32,000 bases of DNA from Candidatus Heimdallarchaeota archaeon (GTDB lineage Archaea; Asgardarchaeota; Heimdallarchaeia; JABLTI01): contig JAUWKS010000006.1 of the NCBI GenBank assembly GCA_030614005.1, forward strand, positions 1-32,000, given 5' to 3'. A program made the position numbers and the translations under genes. Positions 1 through 9,209 of this stretch are shown piece after piece; positions within the stretch are counted from its first letter, which is position 1; each line of letters starts with the position of its first letter. The notes under the pieces were generated by a model. It was not told the DNA's origin. It worked only from the letters and a program-made list of their open reading frames with translations, and searched no databases.

Positions 1-43
1 CATACACATTCCAAATGCCATCATTAATTTCATTAAATGTCAT
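1..43 (-). CDS. 5' end of a gene running off the left edge (MTFNEINDGIWNVY...), product unknown
   Basis: ATG at 43-41 preceded by SD-like AGGTG (60-56); frame open to the edge; only 14 codons visible. Confidence 0.45.
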   Translation of the reverse strand, partial: MTFNEINDGIWNVY

Positions 44-350
44 TACTAATTACAACACCTATGATTAATTATTCTTTTAGAAACTATTTGTTCTTGAAAT
101 AATTGGAATCTTCTCAAATAATAACGTTTAGTTATTAAATTTAAATAAATTCAATATCTTCAAACGAAAAACAAGTTACCAACTAAATGAATTCAATTTA
201 TAAAGAGAAATCTTACCGACGTATTTTACTGTAAAATTGTAAGTGTTTAAAGATAATATTATATCATTGCTATTCTAATTGGGATAATTTATTTCTTCAT
301 GAAATTGAAGCAAAAAATACCCAATTTTAAGAAAAATACAAGGGATAAAA

Positions 351-989
351 ATGAACAAAAAAATATTAGCAGCAGCTATTGCTAGTTTAGTAGTGCTAAC
401 AACTTGTGTTGGTATAATTCAAATTAGGCAAGTAACTGCTTCACCCACTGTGCTATACAGAGTCGAAGTTAAAGTGACCAAAATGAATCTCTATAATGAT
501 GGAGATACTATTGGGAAAGGTGAAATATATATGAATGATCCTGGTGCTGATTGGCCTAGTAAAGATTCTACAAAGTACGCAGGAGGATTTGAAGCTGTAT
601 ATATGGGCAATATTCTACTTGATTATTACGTTCTTAGCTACGATATTACCAGTGAAGGAGTATCTCATTCAATAACTTCAACAACTTCAAGACAAACATT
701 GTCCTATTCTCTTATGGATAAAGATTGGCCAAGTAAAGACGATCAGCTTTGGAATGGATATATTCAAACTTCTGGAACAACAAATGGTTGGGTATCAGGA
801 TGGAGTGGTGCAAAAGGCAGTACAAAATCTTTAGCTGGCGGAAATGTCAAAATTTGTACTTCAAATACAATTTCTGATACGTATAAATTTACAAAAAGTA
901 CTAATTTTGGTACAGTGTATACTTGGTATCGGACATTTACTAATGCACTCTACTTTGAAATACGTGTTACTCTAATAAGTAATATCTAA
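351..989 (+). CDS. Secreted protein with C2-domain-like acidic loops
   Basis: Signal peptide (MNKK + hydrophobic stretch + VTA/S); beta-rich; NDGDTIGKGE and LMDKDWPSKDDQLW resemble the Ca2+-binding loops of C2 domains. Confidence 0.6.
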   Translation: MNKKILAAAIASLVVLTTCVGIIQIRQVTASPTVLYRVEVKVTKMNLYNDGDTIGKGEIYMNDPGADWPSKDSTKYAGGFEAVYMGNILLDYYVLSYDITSEGVSHSITSTTSRQTLSYSLMDKDWPSKDDQLWNGYIQTSGTTNGWVSGWSGAKGSTKSLAGGNVKICTSNTISDTYKFTKSTNFGTVYTWYRTFTNALYFEIRVTLISNI

Positions 990-1186
990 ATTTTTTGAAA
1001 ACTCAAAGGAAAGATATTTTCTTTCTTTTTTTTAATTCTTAAATATTGTTGACAAAGAGCTACACTTAAAATAAGAGCATTCATTTTTCAATTTAATTAA
1101 ACTCGATATCTAATTATTAATAAATCTTAATATTTTAGTTTCTTATAAAATCACCAAAAAAGGGAAAAGATCTGGTGTAGAAACCT

Positions 1187-2734
1187 TTGTCACAATCTTC
1201 TCGAGATGTAAAAAAAAGGCTCTTTGAATTTGCTAAAAAAGAATTTTCAACTAAATCACCATTATACGTTGAAGTTCGAAAAGCTAAAGGGGCAAAAACA
1301 TTCTATAAAGGACCTGTTCCACAACTCATTCTAACAAAACATAAAGCTATTCTTTTTACTGTTTTCGCAGATTATGGCTCTCTTTCACGCCTCTATTATT
1401 TCAATAGAGATGGATATTGTATCCAGGATACAAGCTATTCGACTAATAATATCCACAAGATAAAGAACCATCTCAAGAAAACAACTACTCGAATATTAAG
1501 ATATCCAAAACAAGAAACAGTAGCTTCCAAAAGCGAAATCTCTGTTGAGTTAGATAAGAAATTTGCTAGTATAATTGAGAAAATAGAAAAGATTACAAAA
1601 AGGAAGCTTGAGAGTAGACCTATTATTACCATAAGTGGTAACCTTGAATCCACGACTTTTGGGAAGACTTTTGAAGTTTTGACAATGAGAGACAGTTTCT
1701 TAGAACTACCATTTGGTGCAGAAAAAGAACCAAATATAGATATTATTCTAATCTATGAAGCGTTTAGAACAACTTTTGACAGTAAGCTCCAATACCCACT
1801 TTTATCTGAGGAATTGGCTAAAATTGGCACACTGTTATTATTAGAAAAAGAAGAATTGTTAGAAAGAGCAATTTCAATGAGTGCAATCAATTCATTAAAA
1901 GTAGAATCCTTTTCAAAGAATCTCTCAGATAAATTCTTAGAACTAGCTATTCTATTTGATCTTGTTGATCTAGTAAAAGATTTCACAGATTATAAAATAC
2001 TTATTCATTCAAAAGATGCTGCTGTAAGGTTCATTGAGAGCATAGTAATCGATCTATTCTCTAATTATGATAGTAAATATCGCTTGGCAACATACATCCA
2101 CCGCTCGATAAAAGAAAATACTATTTCAAAATCTAATGAACAATTTTTCGATTTGCTTCTTGTAACTAGTTGTTTAGAGAATTTATCTGAAACGCAAGAG
2201 AAGATGACATCTCTAAGGATAGCTCTTGATAAGAAACTTGTAACTAAAACAAGAGGCAAAATATTTGAAGAATTATTAGATTCAATATACAGGAATAAAG
2301 TTAGGAATGTTGCTGAAAAATGGCTGGATGTTTATGATTTATTTTCAACAAAAACGGATGATTTAATGGATTTAGTTATTGAGAATATGTTCAAGAAAGC
2401 AATTTCCATTGTTACAGTATATACAACTGAGCAATTAGAAAAACATGGTGATATTATTTTAACGTTCAAAAATAATTCAGATACGAATCTTGGTTCTTTC
2501 ACTGTAAGTGAACTTCATTGGACACCACGAGACTCTATGGAAATTATAGGCGTAAAAAGACGATTAAAACGTGCAATTCTAGAAATTGGCGAGGAAGCAG
2601 AACTACGGATTCCTATAATTCCTAAGAAAAGTGGTACAATAAATTTTGCTAATTTAGATGTTAGATTCAATGATCACTCAAGTATGAAGCATTATGTTCG
2701 TATATCTCTGCCGTCATTAAAAATAAGAAAATGA
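1187..2734 (+). CDS. Hypothetical multidomain protein: helical middle, C-terminal Ig-like beta-sandwich
   Basis: 515-codon ORF; TTG start 9 nt after GGTG; C-terminal ~110 aa show alternating beta pattern (IILTFKNNS...AELRIPIIPKKSG...LDVRFND). Confidence 0.75.
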   Translation: MSQSSRDVKKRLFEFAKKEFSTKSPLYVEVRKAKGAKTFYKGPVPQLILTKHKAILFTVFADYGSLSRLYYFNRDGYCIQDTSYSTNNIHKIKNHLKKTTTRILRYPKQETVASKSEISVELDKKFASIIEKIEKITKRKLESRPIITISGNLESTTFGKTFEVLTMRDSFLELPFGAEKEPNIDIILIYEAFRTTFDSKLQYPLLSEELAKIGTLLLLEKEELLERAISMSAINSLKVESFSKNLSDKFLELAILFDLVDLVKDFTDYKILIHSKDAAVRFIESIVIDLFSNYDSKYRLATYIHRSIKENTISKSNEQFFDLLLVTSCLENLSETQEKMTSLRIALDKKLVTKTRGKIFEELLDSIYRNKVRNVAEKWLDVYDLFSTKTDDLMDLVIENMFKKAISIVTVYTTEQLEKHGDIILTFKNNSDTNLGSFTVSELHWTPRDSMEIIGVKRRLKRAILEIGEEAELRIPIIPKKSGTINFANLDVRFNDHSSMKHYVRISLPSLKIRK

Positions 2735-2758
2735 AGCTAATTTTGTTAATTAGCTTGC

Positions 2759-3961
2759 TTAATAGAGCTCATAAGATCTATTCAAGAACCCTTTCCAAAT
2801 AGTTGGCATTTTATTTAGCTGTTCTTGAACAATTTCTTCTATTCTTCGTTTAGTTTTGCTTTCGGTTTTTTTCCCTACGATAGCAAGCTCTATGATTTGT
2901 GGTTCAGTAATTTTTGTACCAATTTTGCTAACAAGATAACAGTCCACATTTTCAACACCTATTTCATGAACAACTTGTTCAGCAATGTTTCTCGCTGCAA
3001 TATTATACGTTTTACCAACATGACTTACTGGATTCTTACCTGCAGCTGCTTCTAAAGTCATTGGTCGATAAGGAGTAATCAATCCATTTGTTCTATTACC
3101 ACGACCAACCTGACCATCGTCTCCTTGCTCAGCAGAGGTACCAGTAACTGTCAAGTACAAACAATCTTCATTGTTAGCAACATCTGCTACATTGACATCA
3201 ACAGAAACATCACCACCCCAAACTTTGGAAGAGAGATCGAGAATCATATCCTTGACATCATCTTTTGTTTGCCAATAATGATCAGTATCTACAAGCTCAG
3301 TACAAATCATTGCACAAGCAATAGTTAAATCAATCTTCTTACCATGTCTAACACCCATTACTTTGATATCTTCACCAATTGCCGGGAATTTTTTCTTGGT
3401 ATCAGGGTTATTAAGCAATATTTCAGACTTGTAAGTTAATTCTTCCACTTGAGTAAATGGAGCAAATCCTATACCAATCGAAGTATCATTTGCTCGTGGT
3501 ATTTCAGAATCTTCATCAAAATTGCCGACTAAATCTGTACTTCCTGATCTAATTTTGTAATCAATAATAATATCATGTTCAATATTGAGGTGAGGTAAAT
3601 CTTTACCGAGCCAATTCTTTGTTGTTTCAATAACAAGTTTACCAATTGGTAAATATTTATCATTTATTCTAGTATTAGCACCCACAGCTCTACCAACAAG
3701 AAGAAGATAAATGGGTTCTAATATTTCACCATGACCAATTCTTGCTTCAGATTGTCCTCCACATAATATTGCTTTGTCCACATTATGGTGTTGGATACCA
3801 CCTAAATTTTCAACATACCATTTGCTTAAAGCAATACTTAATTCCTCAGAGGCTTTATCACACAGAAAATCTGGATGTCCTTTCCCTTTGCGCTCAACTA
3901 TCTCAACAGGTAATTTTGATGGGACAACATCACGATTATAACTAACAACTAAATTCTTCAT
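2759..3961 (-). CDS. mat: Archaeal-type S-adenosylmethionine synthetase
   Basis: VEIVERKGKGHPD, NDTSIGIGFAP, GEDIKVMG, TGTSAEQGDDGQVGRGNR, EAAAGKNPVSHVGK. Confidence 0.97.
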   Translation of the reverse strand: MKNLVVSYNRDVVPSKLPVEIVERKGKGHPDFLCDKASEELSIALSKWYVENLGGIQHHNVDKAILCGGQSEARIGHGEILEPIYLLLVGRAVGANTRINDKYLPIGKLVIETTKNWLGKDLPHLNIEHDIIIDYKIRSGSTDLVGNFDEDSEIPRANDTSIGIGFAPFTQVEELTYKSEILLNNPDTKKKFPAIGEDIKVMGVRHGKKIDLTIACAMICTELVDTDHYWQTKDDVKDMILDLSSKVWGGDVSVDVNVADVANNEDCLYLTVTGTSAEQGDDGQVGRGNRTNGLITPYRPMTLEAAAGKNPVSHVGKTYNIAARNIAEQVVHEIGVENVDCYLVSKIGTKITEPQIIELAIVGKKTESKTKRRIEEIVQEQLNKMPTIWKGFLNRSYELY

Positions 3962-4113
3962 CTTATTTTCAGCTTCCTTTTTGCGTGGATTATAAAGTGA
4001 AGCTTACAGTTTAAAATCTTTGCTCAAATCAAAGAGAAACAAAAGATATTTGTAAGATCACATCTGTTATCTGACAAAATTCCGACAGATTTTTATTCCT
4101 TTAACTTAATACT

Positions 4114-4926
4114 GTGCTAGATTTAAATCAAACAATTGAGGGATTTATATTGGTGAGAAATGAAACAATCTATGCAAGATGCCCCAAATGTAATGCTAAT
4201 CTAGTTATTATGGATGGAATTTATGTTATCAATTGTAATGAATGCAACATTAATCTAGAATATGATCTCGAAATGAGAAAATTAGAAATTCTAGGGCGGA
4301 AAGTCGAATTTGTTTCTGGGAAAGTAATCAAAAGCACAGAAATAAATTCAACATTGGGTTCATCAAGAAGGTATTTTCCTTATCTTTTACTTGGAATAGT
4401 TACACTCGGAGTTGGATTAATATTCTATATGATGAAAAATTTGCGCGATCTAGAAGAGCATGAGACACACAGTAAGGAAGAAAAAGGTGCACAGCCACTT
4501 TTGCAGTCTGGTGAGACTTTTCTAAATTTTCATCAAATCCTACAGAATAGAATTTTTTATAGTGTTCGGTATATGGCAATGCTATGTGTTATAACAATTA
4601 GTTATGATTTAATCACTGCTGCTGAAAGTAAATATTCCAGTCTCTATCACCATTTGAAAGGACAAAGCAAAGAAACAGCGCCAATAAAATCTCCTCATTC
4701 AGCAATATTTCTAATATCATTTATTCTGTATATTGTTTCAATTGCAATAGTTTTGCCTACTGCAATAACTGATATTGTTTATTCAATACCATTAGTTGGT
4801 TTAACATTCTATATAGCAGCCGGTGTTGCAGGAGCTTCATTTCTTGTTGTACTTTTATGTGGAGCTATTTGGCAGAAAGCGTTTAATGAACATGTAAAAG
4901 CAATGAGGAAACTAGGATATCAATAA
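4114..4926 (+). CDS. Membrane protein with N-terminal Zn ribbon and DUF4234-like segments
   Basis: CPKC-x15-CNEC; LLLGIVTLGVGLIFY and WQKAFNEH resemble DUF4234; about 4 hydrophobic helices; GTG start. Confidence 0.65.
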   Translation: MLDLNQTIEGFILVRNETIYARCPKCNANLVIMDGIYVINCNECNINLEYDLEMRKLEILGRKVEFVSGKVIKSTEINSTLGSSRRYFPYLLLGIVTLGVGLIFYMMKNLRDLEEHETHSKEEKGAQPLLQSGETFLNFHQILQNRIFYSVRYMAMLCVITISYDLITAAESKYSSLYHHLKGQSKETAPIKSPHSAIFLISFILYIVSIAIVLPTAITDIVYSIPLVGLTFYIAAGVAGASFLVVLLCGAIWQKAFNEHVKAMRKLGYQ

Positions 4927-4940
4927 ATCTGGGCTCAATT

Positions 4941-6056
4941 TTAGCTAGATTTACTTTTCTTTTTTCCTTTTTTATTCTTCCAAAGTTCTTTCATTTCAGT
5001 GAACATCTCCTTTTCACGTGAGGAAAGTTTGGTTGGAGTAACAACTCGCATTATGATGTGCATATCTCCTTTACCAAAACCTTGGAGGTTTGGAAATCCT
5101 TTCCCTTTAAGACGATATATTGCTCCATTTTGTGTGCCAGCTTTTATACCAACTTTAGCTTTTTGACCTTTAACCAATGTGGGAACAAAAATAGTATCAC
5201 CTAAAACTGCTTGTGCGATGTTAATCTTCTTTTCGAGTATTAGTTCGTTATCCTCTCTTTGGAAGTATTTGTGCTCTTTTAGAGTAATATTTACAAGTAA
5301 ATCCCCTGGAGGAGCACCTCGTGGGCCGGGTTCACCTTCACCAGAAACTCGTAACGTATAACCGCCATCTATACCTGCTGGAATTGAAACTTTGACTTTT
5401 CTAGGGCGTTTTACCATACCAGATCCTCTACATTGGTTGCAAGGTGAATCAATAATTACTCCAGCGCCCCGGCATTGCCTACAAGTTGTTTCATTAACCA
5501 TCATTCCGAAAGGTGTTCTCTGTTGCACTCTTTCTCTTCCTGAACCACCACAAGTGCTACATCTTCTAGGAGCTGTACCAGCGGCAGCACCAGAACCATT
5601 GCAAACATTGCAAGTAATATTCTTTTTTATTTCAATTTCCTTTTCTATTCCAGCTGCAGCTTCTTCAAAAGTAATTGGCAAAGTGATTCTAAGATCTCTA
5701 CCTCTTACAGGTCTGTGCGTTCTACTTGAGCGTCCACCACCAAATAAATCGCTAAAGATACTTCCGAAAATATCCCCAACACCTGCGCCTCCAAATGGAT
5801 CTCCACCAGTTCCTCCTGCGGTGTGCCCCAAACCACCCCATCCTAATCGATCGTAAGCGGCTCTTTGATCGGGATCACTCAAAACAGAATAAGATTCTGA
5901 CACTTCTTTAAAGCGTTTCTCTGCACCTTCATCACCAGGATTTGCGTCAGGGTGATTTACTCGAGCAAGTTTTCTGTAGGCTTTTTTAATCTCATCTTGA
6001 TTTGCGTTTCTTTGGACGCCTAAAACTTCATATGGGTCTCTTTTGGAACTGCTCAT
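4941..6056 (-). CDS. dnaJ: Class A J-domain chaperone DnaJ
   Basis: J-domain with HPD, G/F-rich linker, four CxxCxGxG repeats, C-terminal substrate-binding domain; SD GGTGA upstream. Confidence 0.98.
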   Translation of the reverse strand: MSSSKRDPYEVLGVQRNANQDEIKKAYRKLARVNHPDANPGDEGAEKRFKEVSESYSVLSDPDQRAAYDRLGWGGLGHTAGGTGGDPFGGAGVGDIFGSIFSDLFGGGRSSRTHRPVRGRDLRITLPITFEEAAAGIEKEIEIKKNITCNVCNGSGAAAGTAPRRCSTCGGSGRERVQQRTPFGMMVNETTCRQCRGAGVIIDSPCNQCRGSGMVKRPRKVKVSIPAGIDGGYTLRVSGEGEPGPRGAPPGDLLVNITLKEHKYFQREDNELILEKKINIAQAVLGDTIFVPTLVKGQKAKVGIKAGTQNGAIYRLKGKGFPNLQGFGKGDMHIIMRVVTPTKLSSREKEMFTEMKELWKNKKGKKKSKSS

Positions 6057-6336
6057 TTATTAATCACCATAACTGTCAGATTTACTTCCCTATTCTCAGT
6101 ACTCTTGACTTCTAACTAATTTTCAATCCAGATGGTTTCACTATTTAATCTAGTGATTTTTCTTACATTTATACCTACTTAAATTCTATAATTAGTGAAT
6201 TAAAATGACTAGGTTCTATTTTTAATTATTGTGAAACAATACCTTTCCATTTTTAAAAAATTACTCTCTCCAGTAGAAATTATTGATGGATATCATGAAA
6301 ATCTATAAATAACAATTGACGTAGTTGAAAGCAGAT

Positions 6337-6355
6337 TCCGGAATTTAATTCCAGA
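6337..6355. promoter_or_regulatory. Imperfect palindrome upstream of the leuC-like gene
   Basis: TC(C)GGAATT-T-AATTCC(A)GA, one mismatch, ~27 nt before the probable ATG at 6382. Confidence 0.3.
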
Positions 6356-6381
6356 AAATGTTTCGGAGAAGTCGACATACA

Positions 6382-7638
6382 ATGGGTCAAACAGTAATTG
6401 AAAAAATTTTTTCCGCTCATTCAAAAGATGAGGTAAAACCAGGCAATATCATTTGGTTAGACCTCGATGTTCGGAGTGCTCGTGATTTTGCAGGAGCTAA
6501 TGTTGTAGGAAATCTACGGAAAAATTACCCTGAAAAGTCCAAGTTTGAGAATAAAGAGAAGACTGTCTTCACTTTCGATTGTGTTATTCCTGCCAATAAT
6601 CTTGGATACGCAGAAAATCAACAAACTATTCGAGTCTTTGCAGAAGAAGAAGGAATAAAACTTTATGATTCTGAATGGGGAATTGGTTCTCACGTTCTAA
6701 TCGAGGATGGGTATAGTTTACCAGGAACAACGACTGTTGGTACAGATAGCCATTTGAATATTATGGGTTGTATCGGTGCTTTTGGTCAGGGCATGGGCGA
6801 TCAAGATATTGCTTTTGGCATGAAAGCCGGCAAAACTTGGTTTGAAGTTCCACCTACAATGAAAATTATTATTGAGGGTGAATTAAAAGCTCCTTGTTCA
6901 GCTAAGGATATTACTTTAGCAGTAATTCGAAAATTGACTTCCAAAGGTTCCTTAGGAAAAGCAATCGAATTTGAAGGGAAAGCTATTGATAATCTCTCTT
7001 TACCAGGCAGAATAACTCTCTCTTCAATGGTTACTGAAATGGGTGGCATTGTTGGTTTTATTCCACCAAGTGATGAAGTTCTAAAGTATTGCAAAGAACG
7101 TGCGAAAACTGATTTCACTCCTCAATACGCTGATGAAGACGCTAAATATGTTGAAGAAGTTGTTGTGGATATTTCAGATTTACGTCCTTTAATTGCTAAA
7201 CCATTTAAACCTGATAATGTGGTAGAGGTTGAATCTCTAGAAAAAGACAATATTCACGTTCATTCTGGATTCATTGGTTCTTGTACAAATGGTCGCTACG
7301 CTGATATGAAAGTAGCAGTAGATATGCTTAGAGACAAAGAAGTAGCACCAAAAACAGTACTAAAAATCGTTCCTGCAACACGACGAGTGCTTGGTGATAT
7401 GATTGCCAATAACGATCTTCAAGTTCTGTTTGACGCTCGAACAGTTGTAAGCAATCCTGGTTGTGCAGGTTGTGCATCTGGTCAAATCGGTATGACTGGC
7501 AAAGGAGAAATTCAAGTATCTACTGGAAATCGAAACTTCAAAGGAAAACAAGGTTCTGGTATGACCTATCTCTGCAGTCCAGAAACTGTGACTGCTTCAT
7601 CAATTGCTGGGAAGATAATCAGCCCAGATAATCTTTAG
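6382..7638 (+). CDS. Aconitase-family hydratase large subunit (LeuC/HacA/LysT-like), substrate uncertain
   Basis: GTDSH, GFIGSCTNGR, PGCAGC (three Fe-S Cys), STGNRNFKG; start moved from 6358 to ATG 6382 (GGAG upstream; MGQTVIEKIF is the typical family N-terminus). Confidence 0.92.
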   Translation: MGQTVIEKIFSAHSKDEVKPGNIIWLDLDVRSARDFAGANVVGNLRKNYPEKSKFENKEKTVFTFDCVIPANNLGYAENQQTIRVFAEEEGIKLYDSEWGIGSHVLIEDGYSLPGTTTVGTDSHLNIMGCIGAFGQGMGDQDIAFGMKAGKTWFEVPPTMKIIIEGELKAPCSAKDITLAVIRKLTSKGSLGKAIEFEGKAIDNLSLPGRITLSSMVTEMGGIVGFIPPSDEVLKYCKERAKTDFTPQYADEDAKYVEEVVVDISDLRPLIAKPFKPDNVVEVESLEKDNIHVHSGFIGSCTNGRYADMKVAVDMLRDKEVAPKTVLKIVPATRRVLGDMIANNDLQVLFDARTVVSNPGCAGCASGQIGMTGKGEIQVSTGNRNFKGKQGSGMTYLCSPETVTASSIAGKIISPDNL

Positions 7639-7651
7639 GAGGAAAAAATAA

Positions 7652-8182
7652 ATGGAAAAACCAATTACACTTAAAGGAAGGGCAGTAGTAATACGTGATT
7701 CTAGTGGGAAACCCATTGATGATGTTGATACGGATATGATTTTTCACAACAGGTATCTTCATATCATTGATATAAATGAAATGGGTCAATATGCTCTTGA
7801 CAATCTTGACGATTGGAAGGATTTTGCTAAAACAACTAAAAAAGGTGATATTGTATTCTTTGGCGCTAATTTTGGTTCAGGTTCTTCTCGTCAACAAGCT
7901 GTTGATTGCTTCACTGCTCTTGGTGTTCAAGCACTAGTTGCGAAATCTTATGGTGCAATCTATAAAAGAAATGCTATTAATGCTGGTATGCCTATAATTC
8001 AATCAGCTATCATTGACGATAAGTCATTAATTGAAACTGGCGATGAAGTTGAAGTAAATCTCAAAACTGGAATGATTAAAAATCTATCAAAGAAGAAAGA
8101 GCATTCCAATAGAGGCATGTCTAAAGTACAAATGGATATCTACAAAGCAGGCGATCTCTTTGCATATGCAAAGAATCTATAG
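7652..8182 (+). CDS. Aconitase-family hydratase small subunit (LeuD/HacB/LysU-like)
   Basis: DDVDTDMI, GANFGSGSSRQQA, AIYKRNAINAG; SD GGAGG; 13 nt after the large subunit. Confidence 0.92.
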   Translation: MEKPITLKGRAVVIRDSSGKPIDDVDTDMIFHNRYLHIIDINEMGQYALDNLDDWKDFAKTTKKGDIVFFGANFGSGSSRQQAVDCFTALGVQALVAKSYGAIYKRNAINAGMPIIQSAIIDDKSLIETGDEVEVNLKTGMIKNLSKKKEHSNRGMSKVQMDIYKAGDLFAYAKNL

Positions 8183-8275
8183 CCTGTTCTTTTTTTCCTC
8201 TTTCATTCAACTTATAATTAGTAAGCACAATTCTTATAGTACGAACAACTAACTGTTTCTAAAGGTGTTTAGTGA

Positions 8276-8605
8276 ATGTCCGAGTTAGATAAAAAATTAC
8301 AAATAATAGAAGAGAGAATGAAAGATCAACTTTCTTCTCCAAAAGATGCAAAATTGATACGAACTTTGATGGAAACGCTTATTGATATTCGCGAAGCATT
8401 TGAGGAGTTCAACCGCTTCTTTAAAATTGATATTAACTTAGAGGAATTAGAGAACTTTAAACCAAGAGAAGTTGAATATTCCGGAGAATGGACAGACTCT
8501 CTAATTAAAATTTGCGAAGTATTAATTGATCTATATGAGAAAATTGACAAAGATGATCTTGCTAAAAAATGGAAGAAACGATTAGAGGAACTAAAAGATA
8601 TCTAA
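8276..8605 (+). CDS. Hypothetical alpha-helical acidic protein
   Basis: 109 aa ORF, SD AGGTG, amphipathic helices; no family recognised. Confidence 0.75.
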   Translation: MSELDKKLQIIEERMKDQLSSPKDAKLIRTLMETLIDIREAFEEFNRFFKIDINLEELENFKPREVEYSGEWTDSLIKICEVLIDLYEKIDKDDLAKKWKKRLEELKDI

Positions 8606-8627
8606 TAGTGAAAAGGGTCTTTTCCTT

Positions 8628-9074
8628 TCACTCTTCTTTCTCTTCTTCTGTAGTTTCGTTTGTTTCTACATCGCTAAAGACAACTTCTTCTTGTTGTGCT
8701 TCTTTCTCTTTTTCTTCAGGTGCTGTCTGTTTTTGTCCGACATCCTCTGTGGGGGTTCTCATCCATCCAAAATATATTCCTAAACCAAGTAGGAGCAAAT
8801 CAACAACTAACATCATTGTGAACACTAACGTATTTTTAACATGAACCTCGTTCCCTAAAATGTCTGATTTCTCATAAGGAAAAATACCGATAAAACCACT
8901 AATGATAATGTATGCTAATAATCCAGCAAATAGGAACATAAATGCGAATCCCCATTTGTTTATGTTAATTGAAAGATCGATATCTTCTTCTGCTTTTTTT
9001 ACATGAGTTGATTTATTTGTGGTTGTTGTTTGTTCTTTATTGCTTTTCTGACTTGTCTCGCCTGACTCTGGAAT
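8628..9074 (-). CDS. Two-TM membrane protein with polar termini; probable ATT start at 9074 (ORF track start 8939)
   Basis: Two hydrophobic helices; frame open upstream to 9092 with no ATG/GTG/TTG; GGAGG lies 9 nt before an in-frame ATT. Confidence 0.65.
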   Translation of the reverse strand: MPESGETSQKSNKEQTTTTNKSTHVKKAEEDIDLSININKWGFAFMFLFAGLLAYIIISGFIGIFPYEKSDILGNEVHVKNTLVFTMMLVVDLLLLGLGIYFGWMRTPTEDVGQKQTAPEEKEKEAQQEEVVFSDVETNETTEEEKEE

Positions 9075-9209
9075 GGTGATTCGCCTCCATAGCTAATTTG
9101 ATAGCTATCACATATGAGTTAATAATTTAAAATTGTGCATTGTTTAACTATATTTTTAACTTCAAAATTAGATTATATTTAAGGAAAATTGTTATTTGAG
9201 GTTAAAACT

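Noticed and set aside
1-33. Alternative edge ORF MKLMMAFGMCM
   Set aside because: The frame starting at 43 has the SD and a more protein-like sequence
5392-5856. 154-aa plus-strand ORF (also 5179..5361)
   Set aside because: Fully antisense to dnaJ; its Pro/Leu richness mirrors the Gly-rich sense codons; shadow ORF
6382-8182. Hydratase pair as the phosphomevalonate dehydratase partnering HMG-CoA reductase
   Set aside because: That enzyme belongs to the aconitase X family; these proteins have LeuC/LeuD-type motifs and lie about 15 kb away
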